Positions 37,176-47,274 of a stretch of 64,000 bases of DNA are shown one piece after another (position 1 is the stretch's first letter; every line of letters begins with the position of its first letter). Below the pieces are notes generated by a model. It was not told where the DNA came from. It ran no database searches and worked only from the letters and a program-made list of their open reading frames with translations. Both the position numbers and the translations under genes were made by a program. Origin of the DNA: Candidatus Latescibacterota bacterium (GTDB taxonomy: Bacteria; Latescibacterota; UBA2968; UBA8231); NCBI GenBank assembly GCA_965243025.1, contig CBDETY010000003.1:32001-96000 (forward strand), in the 5' to 3' direction.

Positions 37176-40100
37176 GAGCAGAGGAGACGCGGATGCGGGT
37201 GATTGAAAAATGGGACCTGGTCGAATACGTCGACCACGACTGGCCCGCCGAGGTGGTGTGGCGCGGCCTCGAGTCGATGCCCGGCGCGGACCATCTGGAG
37301 GTGGTCGACGAAAGCGGCAGGGCAACGGCGGCTCAGCTGCACCACTCCGAGCCGAAGGTCGCCTGGGTGACCGATCTGCCCGCGGGGGCGCGCAAATCCT
37401 TCGCTTTGCGCGAGGCTGCGGCGCCGCCGGACACTCCGCTTTCGCTGAAGATCTCCCCCGGCATCGCGGAGGTGACCAACGCTTCCTTCGGCCTGCGCCT
37501 GGGCTGGGAGGGAGCCGACCCGCAAGCGGGCCCGATAGTCGCGGTCCGCGGAGTCGACGGCATCTGGTTCGGGGGCTCCTCCTTCGCCGCGGACACGCCG
37601 GAGCCGCAAGGCCTGGGCTGCGAAGTCCTCGCCGGCGGTCCGGTGGTGGCGCGGCTGCGCCAGACCTTTGCGCTGGCCGGCGGCTCCACCCTCCGGCTGA
37701 CCTGGGAGGTCGACGCGGCCACCGCCGCGGTGCGCTGCTGGCAGGAGCAGCAGGGGGACGCCGGCGGAGCCGTGGTCTGGCACCTCGGCCGCGGCTTCGA
37801 GCCGACCCAGGCGTACTGGCGCCCGCACACCTCCTCCCGGGTGCCCATCCATCGCCAGCACGATTACCACCGGCATACCTACCCCATGCGCTATCCGTCG
37901 GAGCCCGAGCGCATGGAGCTGGGGTTGATGTACATGCACGGGTTCGACCGCAGCAACATCTGGGCGGGCTGGTACGCCGGAGGGGAGCGGCGGGACGTGC
38001 TGATGGTGGCGCCGATCCGCCCCTCCCGGACCCGGGTGGCCGCAGGAGAGCTGTGGACGCGGCACCCTTCAGGCGCCGGCTACACCCACGCCAACCGGCT
38101 GCGCTGGACGCAGCACTCGGCGGTTGAAGTCGACGGCGAGAAGCGCATCGACCTGGCGCTGCCCCTGCAGGAGGGGGTCAGGCCGTTCGCGCTGGCCATG
38201 CTCGACCGCGAAGGGGCCGACCTTTCCTGCGAGCCGGGGAGGAATCCCGCCAACGACATCGACCGTCTGTGCGCGCGGCTGATGGCGCTGGGTCTGAACG
38301 ACTACGCCCGGATGGATCTCGACTGGCCCGGCATCGAGGAGGCCCGTTTTCCCGGCATCTTCCTCGGCGCCGGCGAGCTGCCGGAGATCCGCAGGACGCT
38401 GGAGGAATGGGACTGGTTCAGGGAGACCTTCTTCGCCCATGTGGAGGACGAGTTCTTCAACAGTCTCGCCGCGGAGGACATGCTGCTGTCCAAGGGGCTG
38501 CCCCCGATCGGCCGCGATCTGGCGGGCGGATACCTGGCCACCGGCGACGAATCCTACGCCCTCCGCGCCAAGGAAGAGCTGGTTCCGCGCTTTGCCGGCC
38601 TGGTCGAACACATGCTCGGATACAGCATCGGCAACGAGCTGAATTTCGGCATGAGCCTGGGACAGTGGATCCCCCGCGACGCGCTCGCCCTCGATTTCAT
38701 TCTCGGCAGCGGGCAGTTCACCGCTCAGGAGCGCCTGGCCCTGCTGCGCAAGATGCTGTTCCTGGCCGAGACCGTCATCAGCGAGGACGCCTGGCCGCGC
38801 TACGAATCCGGCCTGGCCCTCAGCATGCGGAACTTCAACACCCACGTGATCTTCGGTCGCGCCGTCCTTGCGGGCCGCGCCGAGGGACATCCGAAACAGA
38901 AACAGTGGTTCGCCGCCATCCGCGATCAGATCGACTGGGTGCTGGAGAACGAGGTCGACGACGCCGGGACCGGGAACGAAGCGCTCACCTACCAGATCAT
39001 CGATTTCGGCTACTTCCTGCAATGCGCCCTGATCATGGGCACCGACGAGGCCAGGCCGTTCCTCGAGAAACCCCGGTTTCGAAAGGTCCTCGAGTACTGG
39101 ATCGACACCCTGACGCCGCCGGATCCGCGCAACAGGAACAAGCGCATGTACCCGCCGCTCGGGCATACGTCATCCGGATCGGACGGCTTCGCGCAGTCGG
39201 CCTTCCTCGCCCTGGCGGCAAAGGTGTACCGCCCCATCGACCGCGGCTTCAGCCTGCGCTGCATGCGCGCCTGGCGCGCCTGCGGGTCCTACATCATGAA
39301 CTGGCGCGACGCCGGGGCGCACGGCTGCACGGTCTGGGCCCAGCCCTTGTGTTTCATCGACCGCGAACTGCTCGAGGACGATCTCGAAGTCGAGGTCGCC
39401 GACTCGCGCATGTGCGGCGGGACCGGCGCCATGCTGCGCCACCGCCACGGGGACGGCAAGCGGACCGAAGGCTTCCTGATGTTCAAGACCGGAAGAAACC
39501 GGGGGCACTTCGACGGGGACGAGGGGAGCTTTCTGTGGTATGCGTACGGCACGCCGATGCTGATCGACTACATGACCGGGTACAGCCCGCTGATGTCCCA
39601 GCCCTGGATGAACAACCGCATATCCATCGACCACAGGCAGGACCGCCGCAATCCCGGGCGCTTCCTCGCCCACCGGTTTTCCCCGGAGATCGACTTTCTC
39701 TGCGCCGAACAGACCATCTCCGAGCTGCAGGAGGTCCCGGAATGGCCGCGGCGCTTTAGATACCAGGTGTTCGAATACGACCGCGCCCCGTGGGAGCAGG
39801 TGCCCGAACACCGCTGGCGCCGCCACCTGCTGTACCTGAAGCCCCTGGAGACCTTGGTGCTGCTCGACGACATCGCCGGCACCCTGCCCACCGACTGGAG
39901 CGTTCACGTGCTGGCCGACAACGTGCGGGCGACCGGGACCGGCGCCCGTTTCACAGGCCAGCTCGGGATCGACCTGGCCGTCGCTTTCGCCCGGCCGCAG
40001 GAGCCGGATCTGCTCACCAGCGGCTTTGCCCATCTCGGCAAATACGAACGTGGACAGATGGGGGAGTACAAGCGCACCTGGTACTGGTCCCGCGAAGACA

Positions 40101-43100
40101 TCGGCGAGGGGGACCTGTTTGCGCGCACCGGGGGGGAGCATGCGATGATTCTGCGCGCTCATGCGCAACCGGGCAGTCCCTTCCTCGCCATGCTCACCGC
40201 CCATCGCTCCGGCGGCCCGCCGCCGGAGATCGCGGTCAAACCGGACCACGACGGGTTCGAGCTGCAGACCGGCGCCGGCGAAGCCGACGTCAGCGTCGAC
40301 GGCGATTTCACGTCGTGGAAGGTCAGGCTGCGCACATCCTCCGGGGAGGTCCGACAGGAGCTGAGCATCCGATGACGCGGGGTGAGTCAGAGGCAGAGGA
40401 GACACGGATGCGGGTGATTGACGAATGGGACCTGGTCGAATACGTCGATCACGACTGGCCGGAGGAGGTGGTGTGGCACGACCTCGAGTCGATGCCCGGC
40501 GCGGCCCATCTGGAAGTGGTCGACGAAAGCGGCAGGACAACAGCGGCCCAGCTGCATGAATCCGAGCCGAAGGTCGCCTGGGTCACCGATCTGCCCGCGG
40601 GGGCGCGAAAATCCTTCGCCCTTCGCGAGGCGGCCGCGCCCCCGGACACCCCCCTTTCCCTGAAGATCTCGCCCGGCATCGCGGAGGTGACCAACGCCTC
40701 CTTCGGCCTGCGCCTGAGCTGGGAGGGAGCCGACCCGCAAGCCGGTCCGATCGTCGCCGTCCGCGGGGTCGACGGCATCTGGTTCGGCGGCTCCTCTTTC
40801 GCCGCGGACACGCCGGAGCCGCAAGGCCTGGGCTGCGAAGTCCTCGCCGGCGGTCCGGTGGTGGGGCGGCTGCGCCAGACCTTTGCGCTGGCCGGCGGCT
40901 CCACCCTCCGGCTGACCTGGGAAGTGGACGCCGCCGCCGCCGCGGTGCGCTGCTGGCAGGAGCAGGAAGGGGACGCCGGCGGGGCCGTGGTCTGGCACCT
41001 CGGGCGCGGCTTCGAGCCGACCCAGGCGTACTGGCGCCCGTCCCAGTCCCCGCGGGTGCCGATCTATCGCCAGTTCGACTACCACCGGCATACCTACCCC
41101 ATGCGCTATCCCGCCGAGCCCGAGCGCATGGAGCTGGGGCTCATGTACCAGCACGGGTTTGACCGCAGCAACATCTGGGCGGGCTGGTATGCCGGCGGCG
41201 AGCGGCGGGACGTGCTGATGGTGGCGCCCATCCGCCCCTCACAGACACGGGTGGCCGCGGGAGAGCTGTGGACGCGGCACCCTTCAGGCGCGGGCTACAC
41301 CCACGCCAACCGGCTGCGCTGGGCGCAGCACTCGGCCGCCGAGGTCGACGGCGAAAAGCGCATCGACCTGGCGCTGCCCCTGCAGGAGGGGGTCAGGCCG
41401 TTCGCGCTGGCCATGCTCGACCGCGAAGGGGACCTTTCCTGCGAGCCGGGGAGGAATCCGGCCAACGACATCGACCGCCTGTGCGCGCGGCTGATGGCGC
41501 TGGGTCTGAACGACTACGCCCGGATGGACCTCGACTGGCCCGGCATCGGGGAGGCTCGCTTTCCCGGCATCTTCCTCGGCGCCGGCGAGCTGCCGGAGAT
41601 CCGCAGGACGCTGGAGGAATGGGACTGGTTCAGGGAGGTCTTCTGCGCCCATGTCGAGGACGAGTTCTTCAACAGTCTCGCCGGAAACGACATGCTGCTG
41701 GCCAAGGGGCTGCCCCCGGTCGGCCGCGATCTGGCCGGCGCGTACCTGGCCACCGGGGACGAATCCTACGCGGCCCGCGCCAAAGAAGAGCTGGTTCCGC
41801 TCTTCGAGCCCCTGGTGGAGTGCATGCTGGGATACAGCATCGGCAACGAGCGGAACTTCGGCATCAGTCTGGCCCAGTCGATTCCCCGCGGCGCGCTCGC
41901 CCTCGATTTCATTCTCGGCAGCGGGCAGTTCACCGCCCGGGAGCGCCTGGCCCTGCTGCGCAAGATGCTGTTCCTGGCCGAGACCATCATGAGCGAGGAT
42001 ACCTGGCCGCGCTACGAATCGGGCCTGGCCCTCAGCATGCGGAACTTCAACACCCACGTGATTTTCGGGCGCGCCGTCCTGGCGGGCCGGGCCGAGGGCC
42101 ATCCCAGGCAGAAACAGTGGTTCGCCGCCATCCGCGATCAGATCGACTGGGTCCTGGAGAACGAAATCGACGACGCCGGGGCCGGGAACGAAGCGCTTAC
42201 CTACCAGATCATCGATTTCGGCTATTTCCTGCAGTGCGCCCTGATCATGGGCACCGACCAGGCCCGGCCGTTCCTCGAAAAGCCGCGGTTCCGCAAGGCC
42301 CTCGAGTACTGGATCGATATCCTGACGCCGCCGGATCCGCGCAACAGGAACAAACGCATGTACCCGCCCCTCGGGCATACGGCATCCGGTTCCTCCGGCG
42401 GTTTTTCCCAGTCCGCTTTCCTCGCCCTGGCGGCGAAGGTGTACCGCCCCATCGACCGCGACTTCAGCCTGCGCTGCATGCGCGCCTGGCGCGCCTGCGG
42501 CTCCTGTATCATCAACTGGCGCGACGCCGGGGCGCACGGCTGCACGGTCTGGGCCCAGCCCTTGTGTTTCATCGACCGCGATTTACTGGAGGACGATCGC
42601 GAAGTCGAGGTCGCCGACTCGCGCATGTGCGGCAAGACCGGGGCCATGCTCAGGCACCGCCACGGGGACGGGAAGCGGACGGAAGGGTTCCTGATGTTCA
42701 AGACCGGAAAGAACCGGGGGCACTTCGACGGGGACGAGGGCAGCTTCATCTGGTATGCGTACGGCACCCCGATGCTGATCGACTACATGACCGGGTACAG
42801 CCCGATGATGGACCAGCCCTGGATGAACAACCGCATCTCCATCGACCACAGGCAGGACCGCCGCAATCCCGGGCGCTTCCTCGCCCACCGGTTTTCACCG
42901 GAGATCGACTTTCTCTGCGCCGAACAGACCATCTCCGAGCTGCAGGAGTTCCCCGAATGGCCGCGGCGTTTTCGACACCAGCATTTCGAGTACGTCAGCG
43001 CCCCGTGGGAGCAGGTGCCCGAACACCGCTGGCGCCGCCACCTGCTGTACCTGAAACCCCTGGAGACCCTGGTGCTGCTCGACGACATCGCCGGCACCCT

Positions 43101-43584
43101 GCCCACCGACTGGAGCATCCAGGTTCTGGCCGACAACGTGCGGGCGACCGGGACCGGCGCCCGTTTCACAGGCCAGCTGGGGATCGACCTGGTCGCCGCC
43201 TTCGCCCGGCCGCAGGAGCCGGACCTGCTGACCAGCAGCTACGCGCATCTCGGCTCCTATGAACCGGGACAGATGGGGGAGTACAAGCGCACCTGGTACT
43301 GGTCCCGCGAAGACATCGGCGAGGGCGACCTGTTTGCGCGCACCGGAGGAGAGCACGCGATGATTCTGCGCGCCCATGCGCAACCGGGCAGGCCCTTCCT
43401 CGCCATGCTCGCGGCCCATCGCGCCGACCGCCCGCTGCCGGAGATCGCGGTCGGACCGGACCGCAACGGGTTCGAGCTGCGGACCGAGGCCGGCGAAGCC
43501 GAGGTCGGCGTCGACGGCGGCTACACCCGGTGGAAGGTCAGGCTGCGGACATCTTCAGGCGAGGTCCAACAGGAGCTGAGCATC
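37176..43584 (+). repeat. Tandem gene duplication, period ~3215 bp
   Basis: Both units start GCAGAGGAGAC(G/A)CGGATGCGGGTGATTGA and end CAGGAGCTGAGCATC. Confidence 0.95.
37193..40375 (+). CDS. ~1060-aa putative polysaccharide-lyase-like protein (alpha/alpha toroid + heparinase II/III-like), copy 1
   Basis: GAGGAG RBS; YLATGDESYA, NEALTY, and GHFDGDEGSFLWYAYG resembling the Hepar_II_III HxHxDxxSF motif. No signal peptide. Confidence 0.6.
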   Translation: MRVIEKWDLVEYVDHDWPAEVVWRGLESMPGADHLEVVDESGRATAAQLHHSEPKVAWVTDLPAGARKSFALREAAAPPDTPLSLKISPGIAEVTNASFGLRLGWEGADPQAGPIVAVRGVDGIWFGGSSFAADTPEPQGLGCEVLAGGPVVARLRQTFALAGGSTLRLTWEVDAATAAVRCWQEQQGDAGGAVVWHLGRGFEPTQAYWRPHTSSRVPIHRQHDYHRHTYPMRYPSEPERMELGLMYMHGFDRSNIWAGWYAGGERRDVLMVAPIRPSRTRVAAGELWTRHPSGAGYTHANRLRWTQHSAVEVDGEKRIDLALPLQEGVRPFALAMLDREGADLSCEPGRNPANDIDRLCARLMALGLNDYARMDLDWPGIEEARFPGIFLGAGELPEIRRTLEEWDWFRETFFAHVEDEFFNSLAAEDMLLSKGLPPIGRDLAGGYLATGDESYALRAKEELVPRFAGLVEHMLGYSIGNELNFGMSLGQWIPRDALALDFILGSGQFTAQERLALLRKMLFLAETVISEDAWPRYESGLALSMRNFNTHVIFGRAVLAGRAEGHPKQKQWFAAIRDQIDWVLENEVDDAGTGNEALTYQIIDFGYFLQCALIMGTDEARPFLEKPRFRKVLEYWIDTLTPPDPRNRNKRMYPPLGHTSSGSDGFAQSAFLALAAKVYRPIDRGFSLRCMRAWRACGSYIMNWRDAGAHGCTVWAQPLCFIDRELLEDDLEVEVADSRMCGGTGAMLRHRHGDGKRTEGFLMFKTGRNRGHFDGDEGSFLWYAYGTPMLIDYMTGYSPLMSQPWMNNRISIDHRQDRRNPGRFLAHRFSPEIDFLCAEQTISELQEVPEWPRRFRYQVFEYDRAPWEQVPEHRWRRHLLYLKPLETLVLLDDIAGTLPTDWSVHVLADNVRATGTGARFTGQLGIDLAVAFARPQEPDLLTSGFAHLGKYERGQMGEYKRTWYWSREDIGEGDLFARTGGEHAMILRAHAQPGSPFLAMLTAHRSGGPPPEIAVKPDHDGFELQTGAGEADVSVDGDFTSWKVRLRTSSGEVRQELSIR

Positions 43585-43587
43585 TGA
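40408..43587 (+). CDS. ~1059-aa putative polysaccharide-lyase-like protein, copy 2 (tandem paralog)
   Basis: Colinear and near-identical to 37193-40375, including the RBS; an alternative coupled start lies at ATG 40372. Confidence 0.6.
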   Translation: MRVIDEWDLVEYVDHDWPEEVVWHDLESMPGAAHLEVVDESGRTTAAQLHESEPKVAWVTDLPAGARKSFALREAAAPPDTPLSLKISPGIAEVTNASFGLRLSWEGADPQAGPIVAVRGVDGIWFGGSSFAADTPEPQGLGCEVLAGGPVVGRLRQTFALAGGSTLRLTWEVDAAAAAVRCWQEQEGDAGGAVVWHLGRGFEPTQAYWRPSQSPRVPIYRQFDYHRHTYPMRYPAEPERMELGLMYQHGFDRSNIWAGWYAGGERRDVLMVAPIRPSQTRVAAGELWTRHPSGAGYTHANRLRWAQHSAAEVDGEKRIDLALPLQEGVRPFALAMLDREGDLSCEPGRNPANDIDRLCARLMALGLNDYARMDLDWPGIGEARFPGIFLGAGELPEIRRTLEEWDWFREVFCAHVEDEFFNSLAGNDMLLAKGLPPVGRDLAGAYLATGDESYAARAKEELVPLFEPLVECMLGYSIGNERNFGISLAQSIPRGALALDFILGSGQFTARERLALLRKMLFLAETIMSEDTWPRYESGLALSMRNFNTHVIFGRAVLAGRAEGHPRQKQWFAAIRDQIDWVLENEIDDAGAGNEALTYQIIDFGYFLQCALIMGTDQARPFLEKPRFRKALEYWIDILTPPDPRNRNKRMYPPLGHTASGSSGGFSQSAFLALAAKVYRPIDRDFSLRCMRAWRACGSCIINWRDAGAHGCTVWAQPLCFIDRDLLEDDREVEVADSRMCGKTGAMLRHRHGDGKRTEGFLMFKTGKNRGHFDGDEGSFIWYAYGTPMLIDYMTGYSPMMDQPWMNNRISIDHRQDRRNPGRFLAHRFSPEIDFLCAEQTISELQEFPEWPRRFRHQHFEYVSAPWEQVPEHRWRRHLLYLKPLETLVLLDDIAGTLPTDWSIQVLADNVRATGTGARFTGQLGIDLVAAFARPQEPDLLTSSYAHLGSYEPGQMGEYKRTWYWSREDIGEGDLFARTGGEHAMILRAHAQPGRPFLAMLAAHRADRPLPEIAVGPDRNGFELRTEAGEAEVGVDGGYTRWKVRLRTSSGEVQQELSI

Positions 43588-43751
43588 CGGCCCCGGCCCG
43601 CCTGGTGCATGCGCCCGCAATTCCGCGCATCCCGGCTCGCGGCCTGGCCTTCGCTCGCCCGACACCCCCGGAACGACTCGCTCAGGCGCCATGAAAGCGG
43701 GGGGCATCGGCGCCCTCGTCAGGACGCTTGCCTGGCGTCCAGGCGCCAGTT

Positions 43752-45227
43752 TCATCCGGGTCTACCCGGAAGAGAATCCACAAGCCGCAGGTCCCAGCGC
43801 ACCAGTTCTTCGGTCAGCTCCTGCCGTCTACCGCTGTGGGCCGGGTCGTTCGCCAGGTTCCTCAGCTCGTGCGGATCGGCCTTCAGGTCGTAGAGCTCCC
43901 GGGCGCCGTACGGATCCAGAACCAGCTTCCAGTCCCCCTTGACCACCATCTTCCACTTGCCGGTCTGGGTGACGTCGTTGAGCTCGTTCCAGGTCCCCAC
44001 CGACTTCAGGGTGAAGCTCCCCCCGCGCAGCGGCGGATCGTCCTCCGCTTCGTACGGCCTGCCCTCCACCCCGGCTTCGGCGTACATCGAGTCGAGCTCG
44101 GCCCCGTCGCCGGCGCCGCTCAACAGCGGCCACAGGTCCCTCCCCTGCACCCCCGGGGGCGGCTCCAGCCCGAGCATGCCGCACAGCGTCGGCAGCACGT
44201 CGACCAGGGAAACGTGCGCCATGCCGGGCTGCGGGCGCGGCGCGATCCCAGGCCCGCGCCAGACCATCGGGATCCGCACCAGGTTCTCCGGCAGTCCGAC
44301 CCCTTTGCGGTGCAGGCCGTAGTCGCCGGCGTAGTCCGCGTGATCCGAGGTGAAGAGCACCGCCGTGCTCTCGCTCAGGCCGCTCCGGTCCAGGAAATCC
44401 AGCAGGCGCCCCACCTGGTCGTCGATCAGCCGCAGCATGCCGCAGTAGTTGGCGCGGTAGCGGGGGACCAGCCGCTCCGGATCGGGGAAGTACTCCTCGA
44501 TCAGCCGCCGCGAGAAGCGCCACTGGAAGTTCCGCCCTTCCAGGACCTCCCTCCCAGCGGCCGGGGGCGGGATCTCACCGGGAGGAAACAGGCTGAAATA
44601 CGGCTCCGGAACCTGGTAGGGACTGTGCGGCGGGTCGATGCCGAGGAACAGGTAGAACGGCTCCCGGCGCATCTGTTCGAGCAGCTCGATGGCCGCGTCC
44701 ACCACCCGCACCGGCTGCTGCAACCGCGCGGGAAAAGGAGTCGGCTCTTCCGAGATCCCGTGGGCGAGGCCGCGCATCCAGCGCCAGTACTCCTCCTGCC
44801 GGGCGCGAAGCGCCGGGTCGGGATGGGCCATCTCGTCGACGTACCAGCCGTACATGTGGAAGTGGTAGCCAGTGGCGGGGGGACTGCACGACCCGCGCAG
44901 GGCCCCTTGCCGGTAGGTGTGGTCCTTGCCCACCAGCGCCGTGGTGTAACCGGCGTCGTTGAGGAGATCGACGAGGTCGCGCTCGTACCGGGGTTCCGCC
45001 ATGGTGTGGATCCTGACGCCGTGGGCCCGCGGGAAGCGCCCCGTCAGGTAGCTGCAGCGGGCGGGCAGGCACAGCGGAACCGGAGTGTAGGCCTTGCGGA
45101 AGCGGACGCCTTCGGTCGCCAGCGCGTCGACGCGCGGCATGGTGTCGAGCGGAAAACCCTCTCCGGCCATGAAGTCCGGCCGCTGCTGGTCGGTCATGAC
45201 GACGATGATGTTGCGAGGTGAGCTCAT
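43752..45227 (-). CDS. Cys-type (formylglycine) sulfatase
   Basis: RNIIVVMTDQQ, CLPARCSYLTG, VGKDH, PPHSPY and TSDHAD; no signal peptide. Confidence 0.92.
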   Translation of the reverse strand: MSSPRNIIVVMTDQQRPDFMAGEGFPLDTMPRVDALATEGVRFRKAYTPVPLCLPARCSYLTGRFPRAHGVRIHTMAEPRYERDLVDLLNDAGYTTALVGKDHTYRQGALRGSCSPPATGYHFHMYGWYVDEMAHPDPALRARQEEYWRWMRGLAHGISEEPTPFPARLQQPVRVVDAAIELLEQMRREPFYLFLGIDPPHSPYQVPEPYFSLFPPGEIPPPAAGREVLEGRNFQWRFSRRLIEEYFPDPERLVPRYRANYCGMLRLIDDQVGRLLDFLDRSGLSESTAVLFTSDHADYAGDYGLHRKGVGLPENLVRIPMVWRGPGIAPRPQPGMAHVSLVDVLPTLCGMLGLEPPPGVQGRDLWPLLSGAGDGAELDSMYAEAGVEGRPYEAEDDPPLRGGSFTLKSVGTWNELNDVTQTGKWKMVVKGDWKLVLDPYGARELYDLKADPHELRNLANDPAHSGRRQELTEELVRWDLRLVDSLPGRPG

Positions 45228-45234
45228 ATCCCTG

Positions 45235-47268
45235 CTAGCCTCCGGCGGATCCCAAGGACAGCGCCACCACCGCCCAGAACACCTCCATGGCAAGGTGTCC
45301 GAGCGCCAGCCCCAGGAAGGCCGGCAGCGCCTTCTGATACAGCCGCACCCCGCCGTAGCGCAGCATCGTCGACTTGATCGCCCAGGCGATGAGCACCGAG
45401 GACCACAGTTTGTAGCCGAACCCGGTGCCGACCACGAAGCCGATCGGATGCAGCGGCCAGTGCGAGAACACCCGCCGCAGGACGGCGAGGGCGGCGGTTA
45501 CCGCGAAACCGATCCCCTCGAAGGCGTAGTTCAGCCAGGCCGCGGCCTGCGGTTTGTATGCCCAGTGGACGGTGTGATGCACCTCACGGCCGTGGTAAAA
45601 GGAGACTGCCGCGTACTGGTTGCCGCTCCCCATGTCCTGGAGCCCGTGGGTGTAGATCGCCGTCAACGAGGTCCAGAAGGCGATCGCCAGCCCCAGCGCG
45701 AAAGCCAGCACCAGCGCCAGGGTCATGCGGGGGGCCGGTACGGCGGCGGCCTGTCCCAACTTGTACGATTCGAAGAGGATCACCATCAACATGCCGAAAC
45801 CGCCGGCGCAGAGCATGTTGAGGTGAGAGAGGACCTGGTAGTCGGAGGCGGAGTAGATTGCCGGGCCGGTGCCGGTCGCCATGTAGATCAGGAACGGTAC
45901 CGGCAGCAGCTCGTAGGTGAACGGCACTCCAGCCTCGGCGCGCATGCGGGCGAAGGCCAGCGCCAGGAGCAGAAACAGCACGAAAAAGGCCAGTCCCCAG
46001 CCGATACCCAGGCCCGCCATGTGAGCCCAGATCACGCAGATGGCCAGGGCCCCGGCCAGCCCCCCGACCGTGAAACCCGCGGAGAATGGTTCCCCCTCTT
46101 CCCGTCCCGGGCGGGCTTGCCGGAATCTGAACGCTTTGCCGAGGAGTTCCCGCAGATGCGACCGGGCGCTCCAGACCATGAAGATGATCAGCACGTAGAT
46201 GCCGCCCTGGGCCTGGCTGCTGAAGAAGGGAAACTGCCTGGCGCCGGAAAAGAACATGAGCCGGTTCGCAGCGGTCATCTGGGACAGCCCGGTCAGCTCG
46301 GCACCGAGCAGTTGCAGACGGGTGAGCAGGAAAAAGAGCCAGACGCTCAACAGCGTATTCAGCGGGAACAGGTAGGCGATGCCGATCATGAGCGGGGAGA
46401 CCGAAAACAGGAAGGGATCGGAAGGCAGCATGGTTTCCAGGGTCATGGCGCTCCACGGTTTCTCCACCAGGAAGTTGGCGAAGTCCAGCTCCAGGCTCAC
46501 CGGGGTCAACGCCTGCACGTACCTGGTCAGCCCGTTGTAACCCAGAAGCAGCGCCGATACCGCAAAGCCGGTCCACGTCAACCGGTTGCGCAGCAGTCCG
46601 CCCGGGGCGGCCCCCGGGGCCTCGCCGCCGATGAGGGCCAGCGGCAGCTGCGCTATCGGGAAATTGAGGTTCTCTGTCTCCGTCCACTGCCGCCGCAGCA
46701 GGATCACCACGCACAGCATGGCGAAGAACAGACTGCAGATCAGCACCGACCAGGCGGCCAGCGGCAGCAGCCAGGCCCCCCAGGGCACGCCCCCCCCGGT
46801 GGGCGCGAAAAACTCGTCCACGGCCCCGGGGTCGGCGGCGGCGGGACCGAACCAGGCGGGGATGTATTTCAGGAAAGGGTAGTACCACGTCCCCGGTTCG
46901 GCGTACATGAAATGGTTGGTGACCATTCCGGGCAGCAGCCGGTGCACCAGACCGGTTCCCGACAGCAGGGAGCCCACGCAGGCCATGCAGTAGATGACGG
47001 CCAGTTCGCCGCGACTCAGCCGCAGCCACGGCAGCAGTCCCCGCAACCCGGACAGCAGCAGCACGAGCAGGCCCAGCAGGAAGACCGGGCCCGCCGGCGG
47101 GGCCCACTCGTTCAGGTCGGGACCGCCCAGGGCCAGCGTCACCCGCTGCAGGAGCAGGCTGATCAGCGCGATCGCCCCGGCCCCGAGCAGGAACGATTTC
47201 AGCGTCAGCCCGCGGTCGACTGCCCCGCTGCTACTGTCGCGCCGATCGGTGCCGTGCGTCCTGGCCAT
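45235..47268 (-). CDS. Polytopic membrane protein, DUF6785/DUF6784-like (OPT-related putative transporter)
   Basis: Roughly 15 or more TM segments; LSRGELAVIY, LRRQWTETENLNFP, RMRAEAG, WPLHPIGF and LRYGGVRLY...PAFLG. Confidence 0.7.
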   Translation of the reverse strand: MARTHGTDRRDSSSGAVDRGLTLKSFLLGAGAIALISLLLQRVTLALGGPDLNEWAPPAGPVFLLGLLVLLLSGLRGLLPWLRLSRGELAVIYCMACVGSLLSGTGLVHRLLPGMVTNHFMYAEPGTWYYPFLKYIPAWFGPAAADPGAVDEFFAPTGGGVPWGAWLLPLAAWSVLICSLFFAMLCVVILLRRQWTETENLNFPIAQLPLALIGGEAPGAAPGGLLRNRLTWTGFAVSALLLGYNGLTRYVQALTPVSLELDFANFLVEKPWSAMTLETMLPSDPFLFSVSPLMIGIAYLFPLNTLLSVWLFFLLTRLQLLGAELTGLSQMTAANRLMFFSGARQFPFFSSQAQGGIYVLIIFMVWSARSHLRELLGKAFRFRQARPGREEGEPFSAGFTVGGLAGALAICVIWAHMAGLGIGWGLAFFVLFLLLALAFARMRAEAGVPFTYELLPVPFLIYMATGTGPAIYSASDYQVLSHLNMLCAGGFGMLMVILFESYKLGQAAAVPAPRMTLALVLAFALGLAIAFWTSLTAIYTHGLQDMGSGNQYAAVSFYHGREVHHTVHWAYKPQAAAWLNYAFEGIGFAVTAALAVLRRVFSHWPLHPIGFVVGTGFGYKLWSSVLIAWAIKSTMLRYGGVRLYQKALPAFLGLALGHLAMEVFWAVVALSLGSAGG

Positions 47269-47274
47269 GGCCGC

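Noticed and set aside
39790-40407. 206-aa N-terminal extension of the second lyase-like ORF in the ORF track
   Set aside because: It is an alternate frame of the first paralog; the duplicated RBS and ATG at 40408 match copy 1.
37176-43587. Diversity-generating retroelement explaining the paralog pair
   Set aside because: No reverse transcriptase in the window; the whole gene is duplicated, and the differences include indels and are spread along the gene instead of confined to a short adenine-specific variable repeat.
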